A DNA stretch of 46,532 nt from Kudoa neothunni (lineage: Eukaryota > Animalia > Cnidaria): positions 2,637,787-2,684,318 of the forward strand of contig OZ199839.1 in assembly GCA_964304625.1 (NCBI GenBank), given 5' to 3'. Both the position numbers and the translations under genes were made by a program. The notes beneath the pieces are model-generated. The model searched no databases. It saw nothing but the letters and a program-made list of their open reading frames with translations, and was not told the origin of the DNA. Positions 13,301 to 26,415 of this stretch are shown here, piece by piece. Position 1 is the first letter of the stretch. Each line of letters begins with the position of its first letter.

Positions 13301-14834
13301 TCAAGTCGAGAAGTTGGGCACGTTGAGTTTTTTTGAAGCAGCGTTATCACCGCATTCCACATCAAATATATCAAATCTACAGGGGGTATGCGGCAAACAA
13401 AGGTATTTAATAGTTTGCATTTCGTTGAGTCGTGAGATAGCTCGTTCAATAGAAAATGCCTCGTCGTTTTTGGAAAGCTGCAAACAACTATTGGCAAAAG
13501 GATCGTTTATATTGGACTATATCGAAAAAACACATTAAATAATCGACAGAAAACCATCAATGATATTACCTTCATACAAATCAAATCATTTAAATCCACT
13601 TCAGAAGTAATAAAAATTTTTGTCCTACAATCATAGGCCGTATCTAAAAAATTGATGAATCTCCTAACTGCATCTCCGCAAATGTAAGGGTATAACACAG
13701 GTAGCTGATCGATGAACACAGCATTATAGAAGCTGCATATTGCAATGTAGTCAGCCGAGCACATATTTGAGTTCAAAAGATCGTTTGAATTGAGTAACAG
13801 AACATTTTCAAATAGTCCTGAGTTGCGCTCAAAACTTCCATTTATTGTCAGTTGTCTTCCACTATTTACAGTTAATATTTTCGTGGAACAATCACGATGG
13901 GATTTGTTGACAATAAATGTGATAGGATGATTTTTGTTTGTCTCCGTGGCATCAATTTTATAATAAGTCTTAAGAGAACTGAATTTTTTAAAAAGTATAT
14001 CGTCTTCAATTGGTAGCAAATCAACACTTCTATGATCCGTTTTCGATTTTACACGATAAATAGAAAATTTATTTGAAATAAGGGTAGTTAAATCGACTTT
14101 TTTTTCTTTACAACTATAACACAATAGCATTACATTATTAAAAATCAAAACAATAAATTCTATTACCAAATGCTTTCATCGTGGGTTTGGTTTAACAAAA
14201 GTTCTGAGGGACAACGATTTGACGTGCACACAATAGTAAATCCTTTGGAGAGCAAGATTTCGAACAAGCCAGCCAATAGAACGGCCGATGTAGGATCAGC
14301 TTGTTGCATCTTATGGAAAGTTATCAATAAAAAAATCAAAAAATTAGCCACCTCATCCAGACACAAAACTGAAGCTTTATTCAGTAATTTTTTTGACACA
14401 CTATCCATTATATTGTCATTTGATTGGGTGATATTGGTTGGGTTCATTTTGATCGAGTGTATTTCATGATGTAGTGCCAATAAAAAACTATTCCAATGCG
14501 ATCTTATACAGTGATTTTTAAAATTCGAGGTCTCAATAAATAGATCCATAAGCATAGTCTTTCCACTTCCCACACCCCCATAAATGTAAAAACTTTGAGC
14601 TGATTCTATTTTAAACTGAATTCACGTTTCACATTGGAATATACTTGAACGATCAATATTCGAATTTGGATAATACCTATTGATAAAATTCATACAATTA
14701 AACCAATATTTTTGAGGTTTATCTCGTGTTTGAATCAACTTTTGTAATGCATCAAATCTCTTTACAGCTTCAAGTTGATAATTGTCATGCCTTAAGAGAC
14801 CTTTAGATAGCAATTCACGGTACTTTCTCAACAT
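13301..14834 (-). CDS. AFG1L: AFG1/LACE1 (ZapE-like) AAA+ ATPase, multi-exon
   Basis: Y..LL.KGLL..D.YQ N-terminal motif; Walker A YIYGGVGSGKTMLMDLF; Walker B VLCLDE|MQQAD across a 42 nt intron; TSNR.P; DYIAI...Y.AVFID.LP; RRFINFLD.AYD; EAFSIERAISRL.EMQT..YL. Short GT-AG introns join the ORFs; the exon 1-2 junction was not resolved exactly. Confidence 0.9.
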
Positions 14835-15168
14835 GAACAAATATCAATTCTTTAAACAATATTCATCTAAAAAAAATATTTTTTAACTAAAAATTTTGAT
14901 TAAATTTTAGTATAATTTACGGAAGGCTAAAACTTAAAGCCCAAACTAATTATTTAATCCAACAATAACTGCGCGAGCATTCATTTATGCGCTTGATTGA
15001 TCAAGCAAATAAATTTTTAAAAATTCTATTATCCAACAAAATTGAATTCATCAAATGAACAATAAAAAATAATTAAATTTTTGAAAATAAAATAATATTA
15101 GAATTATAGTATATAACAAAATTCATATACTTTTATCGTTTACCTTTTAACAGAAGAAAAAACAATCA

Positions 15169-16438
15169 CCCTCTAACAGACATTGGGACAAAAAAGACCT
15201 CAGAATTTGACTTCGTTTAATGTATTAAAAAAATTATTATAAGGTTATGAGAAAAATTTGGGGAAATTCTGCCTAAGGAATATTGAGAAAACAATCAATT
15301 ACAGCTTAATTAATCCTCGGTGATCTGCTTCGGTAAGATTGAGTATTATTTCGTAATAACTCGTGATTAGAACGTATAATATTTTTTGCCTCATTTGAAA
15401 TAACGACAAATAAAAATCTTAATGAAAAATAAAATATAAAACCTATTAAAGACATTCTATGCGATAAAAATAGAGAATAATGACCATAATCCAAAACCGC
15501 CACAGCGCACAAAATCGACTGCGATGAATAATTTTTTTTCAATTTTTAATTTAGATCTAACATGAATTTACATTTAATATTATATTTCAGATATATAAGA
15601 TAGTTGTTGTAATCTATTATGTACCTCCTAATCCCTCGTAATCACTTTTACAGGCCACAACACTCAATTAATTAAACCATCCTTATGTATTCTAAAATCA
15701 AAGTGTGGTAACTGATTTCTAAGCGTTATCATAATTTCTCCTTAGCAGTTACCTATTATTAGATGTAAGGATTTATAAGAATGAGAATTTCATATTTAAT
15801 ACAAACAATAGATATTCAGTTGTAGCAACTGTTTACCGTTAGAACCAAAAATTAATTATTTGACGAAATTCAGGCATTCCTACTATAAATTGTTTAATAA
15901 ATATCACACATTTCAAATATATAATTGTAGGACTAATTATCTAGCAAAATTTTTCCTTTCATTGGTGAGTGCTGTCATTGTTTCGCAACTTTACTTTTAA
16001 ATTATCACAAGCTTATTTATTAGAGGGCATTTATCGTTGGCGCGCTGGTAACATTGATAATTTTGTTTGTTTTAGCTAATAAACCCTGGTGTCGCAATAA
16101 TTGTTGAAACGACGGCTTACGACATATAGGGCACCGCGAATTAATTGGATAATCTCGAATCATAATTATCCAATTTCTCAATATTCCTTAAAATAAATTC
16201 TTAAAGATTTTGCATATCATTTTGTAATAAATTTTCGCATTGATCGAACAAAAAAAATCCGGGGGTCTTTTTTATCCCTAAGCCCGTTGGAGGAGGAAAA
16301 TTTTGTATGAATCTATTTATTAAAATAATTTAGGAGGATAAATGAAATATTAAGTATCTCAGATAATTATTAAGTATTCTATAAATAAATTGATATCCTT
16401 TTGGGGTCTAAAGGGCTCCAAGCCCGTTAGAGGTTTAA
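15169..16438. mobile_element. Non-autonomous piggyBac-like element (MITE-like)
   Basis: The left end CCCTCTAACAGACATTGGGACAAAAAAGACCTCAGAATTT is inverted relative to the right end (rc TTAAACCTCTAACGGGCTTGGAGCCC..AGACCCC) and to an internal copy at ~16257-16295 (rc CCTCCAACGGGCTTAGGGATAAAAAAGACCCCCGGATTT). TTAA is present on the right; there is no credible ORF. Confidence 0.55.
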
Positions 16439-17206
16439 TGATTTTATTCGAGTTATTTTTGCATTAGTGAACTTTTCTAACAATATTTTTTCAAATATTG
16501 AGATTATATTATTTTCGTCATAATATTCTCAAATATTCCATTTTTAAATAATAAAAGATTACTGTGTCAAATAAGCTTTGTTTCTCAAAACGATATTTAA
16601 ATTACCATTTTTAAATAGATTGTGACCGTAATTTTATACTAAAATCTTTTATTATCTATATTTATCTGAAATATTGTAAATATATAGTAAAAATATCTTG
16701 TTAACAACAAAAAAATTTAATAGTTTTTAAACAATTAAAGCACAACAAAAAATGTAGTGGAAGATCCTATATAAATAATATTTTTGAATACAAAATTCGA
16801 AAAATATCAATCATTCAATCAAAAAAAGATTATTTTAGAATGATTGAGACCTAACCTATTTTTGGCGCAAATCTATTGGCGGCCATAATTAAGGTTTTTA
16901 ATTTTTTGTTCGTGATGTAGTTGCATTTCAAAAATTTTTGAAAAAATTATTCAAGTTATTTATAATAATAAAAATTATCTTTGAGCATTGAAGAATATTT
17001 TTTAAACATAGTTTACCTAGCAAAACCGCTTGAATTTCAAAAAAAATTACACAGAAATTAGTCAATCCTATTTGCGATTGCCATAAAAAGAATATATTTT
17101 TAAAAATATTCCTATGAATAATGATTGAAAAGAGGATGAAATTAAAAGATATAACCAAATCATATTAATGTTTCTTATGTAACAAATGTTTTAGGGTGAC
17201 TTTATA

Positions 17207-20200
17207 TCAGTTTTGAATGTCCGAGATCAGTTCATTATAGTCGATCAGCTTTCCCATACAGTATGGATTCCAAAGAAAGGGAATAAAGCCCACTTTTTGA
17301 TGTTTTGAGGCATTAAAAGTCCAATCATAAGGAATAATGCAACTATTGGCTACTCTTCCCCTAAAAAAATATTATTAGAGAGAGTAAAAATTGCCTAGAT
17401 ACGAGATTTTAGATGTGAAACGATGCGACTTGGTGAAAACAACTTCAATATAGAGATGAACCATCTTGGAAGTAGGATCGAACGCCAGTCTAGGGTTGTT
17501 GACTGTACGAGTGTGGACAGCAACAACGTAACCGTCAGCTCCAAGGGGTACACCAGGAACGCCTGCTGTAATGATCACACGATCCAATAATCTAACCGGT
17601 AACTGATGAGATGAGGAATGGTATGATAGTTTTGGTTTATATGGCTAAAAGTACAAATCACAGTAGAATATAAAATAATTAACCATCAATCAAATTCAAT
17701 ACGTAATGTAGATGGACGGGATTTACAAAATCAAGCGTCGAGTCAACAAATGATTTTTTGCAGTATTTGATGAATTTGTTGAGCTCTTCAACACTTTGGT
17801 TGTCAATAGAGAGGGACCCACTATTGCACTTTTGCATACAAAAAGATGGTTGTAATTTAAGGAACTCTCTAACTTGTTCCAATTCACATCTACAAAAATG
17901 TGTGTAGTTTATTTTTTATTGATAGAGAAAAGATCAATTTTATTAAATTAGTGACGATGTGGAAAAATTATACCCAGTCAATTCAAAGAAATTAGTTTCA
18001 CGAAGACCCGATTTAAAAGGAGTGTCATCTTTTGAGCTTTTATTAAGTGCTTTTTCAATATATTTGAACAATCCCCCGAATCTATTTTTTTGAAGAAGTG
18101 ATTATGAAGTTTTTAGATTGAAAAATTATACTTTTTCTTATAATTTATCATTGTATCCCTAACTGCTACTGATACCAGGCAGCGTTTGTTGTAATATAAT
18201 GAAAATCCAGGTATCTATGAGGATAATTATTACCACTACCACCAATTCATTAGATTATTACTTCTAGTTCATCTTTTTTGTGATAAAGATCAAGTGCGAT
18301 GTTTATCTTAGTCCTAGAAAATTTTAACACTCATCATGCCATAAAATCTAACACATCATACCAGCTATCGGTGAGTATCACATTGATTTTAGTGAGAAAC
18401 ATTACCAAAGTTAGTGTACGAATATCAATCAATTTGGCTAACGTTGTAAGCGTCATATAATTCGCATATAAAGGCTACATAAAGATAAATAAGTGGGGTT
18501 GCTTCATTTGATTACAGTAAAATGTAGAAAAGTTGGTTAGAATTAAAATCAACGAAACTTACTCTGTTAAATCCAGAGAGACTCAATTTGATGTGGACTG
18601 GTTTCTTCACGAACCCTCGTCGAATTCCATCCTTCTTGAAATGAGACAACTAAAACACATTAGTAGGTAAAATAATTTTCCCATTTAATAAAGATACTTT
18701 TATAACGTCTTGAAATGAGTCTGGAGAAGTGTAAATCCAATACGATTTGGGTTCAAAAATAATCTCAGATATAACAGGTTTGGTGCTGTAACATAAATTT
18801 TTCAAAGGTTTGACACCCTCCTAATTTACCATAAAAATAAATGCGATATACCACAACATAAAATTACACTAATAACAATATTTGACGGATAATATTCTCC
18901 AACTTTACTGAATTGCGGGCGTAGAATGCCTTGTGAGTTGTTCAAATTAACAAATCTGAAAGAGTGGTGTTAAAACATAAAATATGATTAAGAAATGTGG
19001 CGCGCATTTTTAATTGCAATAATTATATTTATATATATCTTAAAAAGTTTTATCCTTAATAATATAGTATTATCCATTATTTTCATCTCAAGACTACTCA
19101 AGGTGGTCAATAAATAAAAGTATTACAAATAACTATGGATTATGAAATCAGGATTATATTTATAAGGATCTAGAAGTTTGGCTAATAAATTTACTTGAAT
19201 CCTTCCAAATCATGAATCTTAAAAAGCACCATAATGCCATTTTCAGAGAGTTTGATCCCATTATTGAGGTAATGTCTATAAAGCATTATAAACACGAAAA
19301 TGAGGATTTACAAAGTTTACCTCTCAAGAAGGCTACGCTGGTTGTTATAATTATCCATTTTATCGAACGGTAATGCTTGATAGCAGTTGTTAGAATTTCC
19401 GTCGCGTAGCTTTGTTATTCGTCTACAATAGATTTATCTTGGTTGAAATTAAAGGCAGTAAAATCAACTACCCATATTTAAGAACAATTTCTTTAATGAC
19501 CCCTACACGTGAATATGGAAAATCAAAGTAGACTATTCCGTTCAAAAGATTGCGATAGATTTTAGTAAGATCATTGTCCTATACAACAAATAAATACTCC
19601 TTTTACAAAAAAGTAAGTCAAATTTATACATTATCAATCGATTGATCTGTATTACTGAGCTTGATATCTTCAAGTTCCAAGATAACAACGTAATAGTAAT
19701 CAGTGTATTTAGATTTTTGTTGGAAATAATAAAACTGTTAAATCCCTAATTAAAATCAGTAAAAAGACGGCAATATACGGTGAGTGGCAATCCACGGAAT
19801 GAAGGGAAGCATTCAAACTGTCTCATTTTGGCCACCAAAGGATGAATCGGAGCTAAAAACGATAATAACATTTTTTTATTGGGTTTATTTTCACACAGAG
19901 CGATAAAATACCTTGATTACATAGTATATTTTTGATGAGATGAGATATATCGAATTTTCCAGGTTTATCGCAATTGATGGGTTGGTGTTTTTCTTCGCCT
20001 ATTTTTTAATGAGTTTAATAAAAAAATCGTCAATATAATGAAAATCTTAACTCCACAAATGAATTTTTCCAATTTTATTTCTTGTTTTTTCGGCGGGAGA
20101 AAGGTTTTCTTTGGGTAATTTATTAACGCACATGAGCACTCGATCCTAAAAATGTAATTGGTTTCTGATGTCAACTACAAATAACTGCAAGACTAAAATT

Positions 20201-21984
20201 ACCGTATTAATAAAAGGCAGCACAACCACGCTTTCATAGTCCATTTTTTTACCGTTAAGATCGGTTTGAAATGCGGTTGGGAACAGATCCACTATAGGAG
20301 AATCTACGCTAGTAATCAAGTCCTAAAAATCGTATCAAATTTTTCGATTCGTTCTTCTTCTTAACCAATCTCAATATACCCGAAACATCTCAGGAAGAAG
20401 ATAACAACTAGAGGGTGGTTGTACACACAATAATTGGGTGAAAGGATCGATAGGTTCAGTCCTAAGATGAGCCATTCGATAGGTGTCAGAACAGAATTTA
20501 GCAATATCAGAGACGAATGGTGCGTAATGATGAGGATAAACAAATCGCCAATTTCTCAGCCCAGTACTGTAATATTGCAGCACCCACGAAATGGTGGACA
20601 CGTAATCGTAGCACACTTTCTTAAGGTCTTCTCTATATGGTGAGTAAATTGATAAATATGGCCATTACAAAGACAAAAACAACAACTCGTCATCATAATC
20701 CATATGGAACTTGTTTGTATAATAGGTAGTTTTGAAGGTGTCTACATTAGGGTTGATGGTTGATATTTTTAATTTGGATAAACTATTCGCAGTTATCGAC
20801 TCGCTGCCATCACTTCCATCATCTAACGGTGAAAGATCTAATGTATCGCTGGATGATAGTTCAGTCTAGATTGGAGGTAATTCAATATTTTTTAGAATAT
20901 TTGAAATCATACATATATTTAAAAATTAATAAATAAAAATAAATGACAATAACTACAACATGTGGTTTTATTTCAAAATCTAGATTAGCGCTTCTCAGTC
21001 TTTTTCCTTAACTCAATAATTTTTAAGTCATTCCTCTGGTCCCATTTTATTCAACAATATTAAATACATAAACGAAAAAATTTCAAGATTTTGGATTATT
21101 TTAAATATAATAATTAAAAGTCAACTTTTTAAGAAATATCGTTTAATTATTAAATTAATTATAACATTTGATTAACCCCGTTTACGATAAACTTTATCAT
21201 GAGAAAATTTATTGATAATTTGTGCGTTGTAATGTCCCCTTTAGTTATAACAATTATATTTTTCGATAATAAAGAATAAATCACTATTTTTTATTGTCTA
21301 CATTTCAACCTTCTGAGAGCACTTAAACACTGGCTTTAACTTCCTTTTGGAGGACAAAAAAATTTTTAATTTATTTATTCTAAGAATATTTATTTTCGTT
21401 GATTATACTCAAATTCATAATTATCGACTAAAATATAAAATAAAATATGGAAACATTTTCTGCGACGTCGTATAAAAAATAGCGACAATTTGATGAACTT
21501 TAACCCTCGAATACCTGGGAGGTGGCCAATCAGCGCTTATTATATAAACAACATTTACAAAATATTTTATTTCCCTTTTTCCTTACGTATATTTTGTTGT
21601 ATAACGTTACTTTTAAAAATACTCGAATAATGGAGTTTTATGTTTAATTTTTTTTGTTTAAAATCAAAAAAGAAAAAAGTTCACATATCTGAGCATGACC
21701 GCCATATAAATAATAACGTTTAGTTAAAATATATAAAAAAGCTTTTCTGTAGTAAAATAAAAATTATAGATGTACTCTGAAGTATGGAATTATTTTAAAA
21801 TACATTTTTTTTATAACAACTTATTCTGTTAACTAATTTAATCGGGCATGTGAATCGCGCAAATTATAATAATTTTGTTAAATTACATATCAATAAAAAG
21901 CAGCAAGTTAAAGATGGTTGTTTAAAAATTAATCTACTAGACCATCTTATCATAAATAAAAATTCGAATATTAAAAATCCTTAT

Positions 21985-22026
<42 letters not shown>

Positions 22027-25000
22027 GTCCATATTCATAAATTAATTTATAATGCCAAATTTCAAATTTGAAAGTACGAGTTAATATATTTAATACATTT
22101 CTGTCAACAAAGGAAGAAATTCCAGAATAAAACCAAACCTTAGCTGTTAAAAGAATAATAATCAGAAGAAGGAAATGTGAAAAATAAAGAAATAATAAAA
22201 CAGATTATTTCTAATTTTTCGCGCTATTCAAAGTGTATACAGGCATAATTATTCCTGTTCATCGCACTTGCGCAAATAAACGACAAAAATGCACCATTGA
22301 CGTATTCTTGTTGAATTTATTATATTTCAAGATGTAAAAAATAACATAAATAATTGTTCTTAATCTTAACCCCCCAGAACCGATCCCCAAGAAAATTGTG
22401 TGTGTGCCTATTAGGCGTTTAAAAAAATCGAGGGAATATGGATTATCCTCTATTTCGAAGAGATTAAGTCGATATATTAACAAGGTTGTGTCATTCGTTC
22501 ACAGTGGATTTTTGTAATCAACGTTAGGAGAAATTTTCTCGACAAAATTCAGCAGTGCATTATTTTATTTCATTTAAAATATCAGTTAAATTACAGTATT
22601 ACGAAATTTGTGTACGAACTTCGGGCGGTGTCATACAAAATGGGAAATAAAGTCGTTTCCTACAATTCGTCCTGTAAATTCACTCCTTCTTCAAAAGCTG
22701 TTTCATTTTTGTTCTTATCAAAAAAATTACATTAAATAGTTAAATTCAGATAAAAAATAATTAACTTATAAACTGGAAATAAATCTTAAGTCGAGAACAT
22801 TCGGATTCACGTGGAATCTCTATGTTGTTGATAAATGCATCAAAAAAATTATTATTTCTCTATAATTTTAACAAATTAGAATTCGTTCATCGTTCATCGA
22901 ATTTTTTTTTATTTGCATCTATTACTAATAAATTTGTAAATGTTCAATCTTGACTTCATATTTTAAAATAGAACTTTCTGATTAGTTCTATTCAAAATTG
23001 GAATGAAGATGCTTCGATTTAACGATGGCATTCCTTAATGCTGTTTTTAGTTTATAAATTTTTTCAGGTAGTTTATTCGCGATTAAATAAATTTTTATTC
23101 CAATATTTGTCCCAAAATTCAAACATGGAAATTTCTAATTTATTTTATTAAGTCATCTTTTTATTTATATATATTAAATAATTAAAAACAAAATTATTCA
23201 ATCATTATTTTTGGATTAAAATTAACTTTAAAGTAGAGCAATCGTCACAAATCAAAATATACGATTTTTAAACATTCTAAGTTAAATCAACTATGGATGT
23301 TAATAAGTCCAAACATTTTTTATTACGTATCTCAACAATATAAATATTTATTACCTTATTTTTTATTATAAAGTGAAATATTACGTCATATTTTATAATA
23401 TACTTCAATAATTTTTGTGGTTGAATGTTTCAAATGTTTTAAACTAATATAATTAATTTACTGAGATGTATTATCTATCAAAATGTTTATAAAAACTGGA
23501 AACAACCACAAAACGTTGGAATCGTGAAATCCCTATCCAAATCCTTAGCAATACTCGCTCCAACACAAAATCACCCTCGTTTTTCAAGAATATTCCTCGA
23601 CCCCCCCCCCAAATTTACCCTAGATTTTTAAAGGCCTAATGCCTATGGGGTATCTATGGAAACCCAGGAGAAATCAGCTTAAAACTATTTTTTCCGATTT
23701 TAAGTAAATCTAAACATCAACCAACGCCAAAATAAACCTATTATAACAATTGTTATCGATATTATATAGGCCAAAGCACGAAAAAAGTTTAATTTCGAAT
23801 AAAAATTCTAAATTTATCGAGAAGAGTACCCACAAATCTATCAACATATCAAAATATTCGAGTAACAATGGCACAGGAGATCAACCCCAGGCTATGGAAA
23901 CGCCTTAATCTCAAAATCAGGTTTCTACTCCATGTTCAGCATTGTACATCCCTCAAACCCCTTTACATGATTAAATTCTCAACTCTACAACGAAACAAAA
24001 TTCACCAGACCACGATTGTAATGAATTAATCTTCGTTAATTCTTATCTCAAAATTTACATGTGGAAAATCTATCCTAAATTAAAACTATTGAGATATATT
24101 TGATTAAGTTATTCAAAAGAATATAAATGATTATTTAGTAGTCGCAAAAATGATTTTTATGAACGAAACCATCGGACTAATTCAAAATTTGAAGTCATGC
24201 TTCCTGTAAAAGTTAAATATAAATTAAAATTTTTTCCGACTGATGCGCTAAATCAATAGGAAAGCATTCATGAAGTTTCAATAAAAAAAGTTTCGTCTGT
24301 TATAGAGTTGGAAGAAATTATCTTAGATGGGGTACCAAATATACCCCGCCTTGTACCGGAAAGGTTTAAGTGCAACAATTATTATTATTTTAATACATTT
24401 TTGCGTGTACTCACTCATAATGACCACCTCTAGGTATTCATGTAACTTTTTCCCTCAACAGTTCCAGGTTTAAGTATTTTTAACTTTTTTGAAATTAAAA
24501 AAATATTATACCAAATTAAAGAAATAAACATATTAGACTTTTTGTTAATAAAAATTAGTGGGTTTTAAATCACGCAATCGCGGGAAACTTGATAATCATG
24601 TTTTTTATGCTTATCAATATTACAATTGAAGTACTATTCATAATTAATTGATTAAATTAATTAATTAATAAAAAAATTGAGTAAAATAATTACTGCAATG
24701 GAACCATCAATTTGGGTAAATGGAGTCTTTACAACAGTATGCAGCTTATTGAGCATTACCTTTAGGCATCAAATAGAAAATCAATAATCCCAATCAACTA
24801 CTATTTACATCGCATTGGTGAAACACAAGATTAAGATGTTGTTCGTACACTGCGGGCTCTTCGATTTTGCGATATGGTTCCTTGAACTTTGATTCGATAG
24901 CTGTTAGATGAGCACTTTCGTAAACGGACAGTTCTTTGAAAAATACAAGCAATTCGTCAATATTTAAGGTGTCATCTTTGGTGAGATAATCTAAAAAAGC

Positions 25001-26415
25001 ACATATCAACAACCTCGATATCGATAATATCTAGAGCAGCCAACCAACCTTTAAGTGTTGGTAGTGTGTTTTTATAAACATCCCATATGAGATAAAGTCC
25101 TCCTCTACGAATGTAAACAAAGGGGATATTTGGAATAAAATCGTTGCCAATGAGACAAGCCAGCAAAATCCAATCATTTAATAATCTATCGAAATTGTAT
25201 TCAAATGGGAGTAGTTCCTACAACAAAAAATTAATTAATCCAAGTTACAATTTGAACGTTATTTCCATGCAAATACAAATACTTTCATGTGTGCGAATTC
25301 TAACTCGATATAATCACGAAGAATAGAAATATACAACACTCTCATCTCACATCCCAAGTGTATTTTACCGCTATAAACAGAAACATGACAACGAAGTTAC
25401 GATGAGAAATTCAGATGTGTATATTTGGGAGTTAGAAATTACGCAAAACTTTGATTTTCACGAAGGATCGCAACATTGTTCAAGTGAGTCACCAATCCCA
25501 ATAGAATCTAAATCACAGAAGTATTATTAATTGAACCAGTAGAGAAAGATGATAGGTCAAGTTACAAGATCTGCATCCAATCCATGGAAACAATGTGTAG
25601 AATTTGGATCGAAAGAGGTGTCACTTCGCAAACTTCGAACAAAATCCATTATTTTATGCTCACCTTCGCCAGGAATCTATCATAAATCGGTTCAATCATG
25701 CCCAACTCAATAAATTACGTTGTATCCTGAATAAACAATTTTTATAGATTTCCAAGAGCGATCGTAGGTGGTTTTTTCACTGACAAATTTCAATATGTAT
25801 TGATGAAGGTCTTCCATGAATTGAGTTCCTGGTGTTATACAATTTCGATTGAAACGTTGGATATCGAAGTATTTGGCTGGGCTTTTAGTGGCGGTATTGG
25901 AAGTATCCGACGTGTTTCCATCAAGTTGAGAATGATTTTCCGCATTAGGATCGCTATCCTTCACCCTAAATTTGTTAATGGTAGACCATTTGAAATGAAA
26001 TAATAGAAAATAAAAGTACTGGTATCGCCGCGATCGTTGTTGTACAATTTTGGCTAGTGGAGCCACACCGTCTACACATAAAAATAAAACTTTTTGTGGA
26101 TTCACCACTTTGACCAAGCTCTATCCAACATTCAATTACAAACAATATAATCATATCTATTTATAATAAATCTACATCAATATAGTCACATATATCATGA
26201 TATATTTCTTTTAAGGTACGTGTACGCCGCAACTCGTCTGTAGCATGAGACATTTGATGAATTACACCGTTTAAATCAATGTAAAAGTAATCAAATGATG
26301 GCAACTATATTAAAACTAACAAAAATCTGTTTTGAAATTGTGTTACATTCACGATATCATGTTGGATTAGTGGATAACGATTAAGAAGACATTTGTACAA
26401 ACCAGGAACTCCCAT
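17207..26415 (-). CDS. XRN1: 5'-3' exoribonuclease 1, many short introns plus one ~3.8 kb intron (20866-24693)
   Basis: Spliced translation: MGVPGLYK...[130 protein letters not shown]1-specific SH3-like domain (DRVI...[13 protein letters not shown]...EVVF). Last exon ends in TGA at 17207-17209. Confidence 0.93.
21501..24368. mobile_element. piggyBac-like terminal remnants within the large XRN1 intron
   Basis: TTAACCCTCG at ~21501, TTAACCCCCCAG at ~22366 and GGGGTACCAAATATACCCC...AAAGGTTTAA ending ~24368 resemble the TTAA-CCC ends and GGGGT..ACCCC subterminal palindromes seen elsewhere in the window. Pairing of the ends is uncertain. Confidence 0.35.
21988..22022. repeat. (AT)n microsatellite inside the large XRN1 intron
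   Basis: Uninterrupted ATATAT... run of ~35 nt. Confidence 0.95.

Noticed and set aside
21850-22071. ORF with IYIYIY repeat
   Set aside because: It is a translation of the (AT)n microsatellite.
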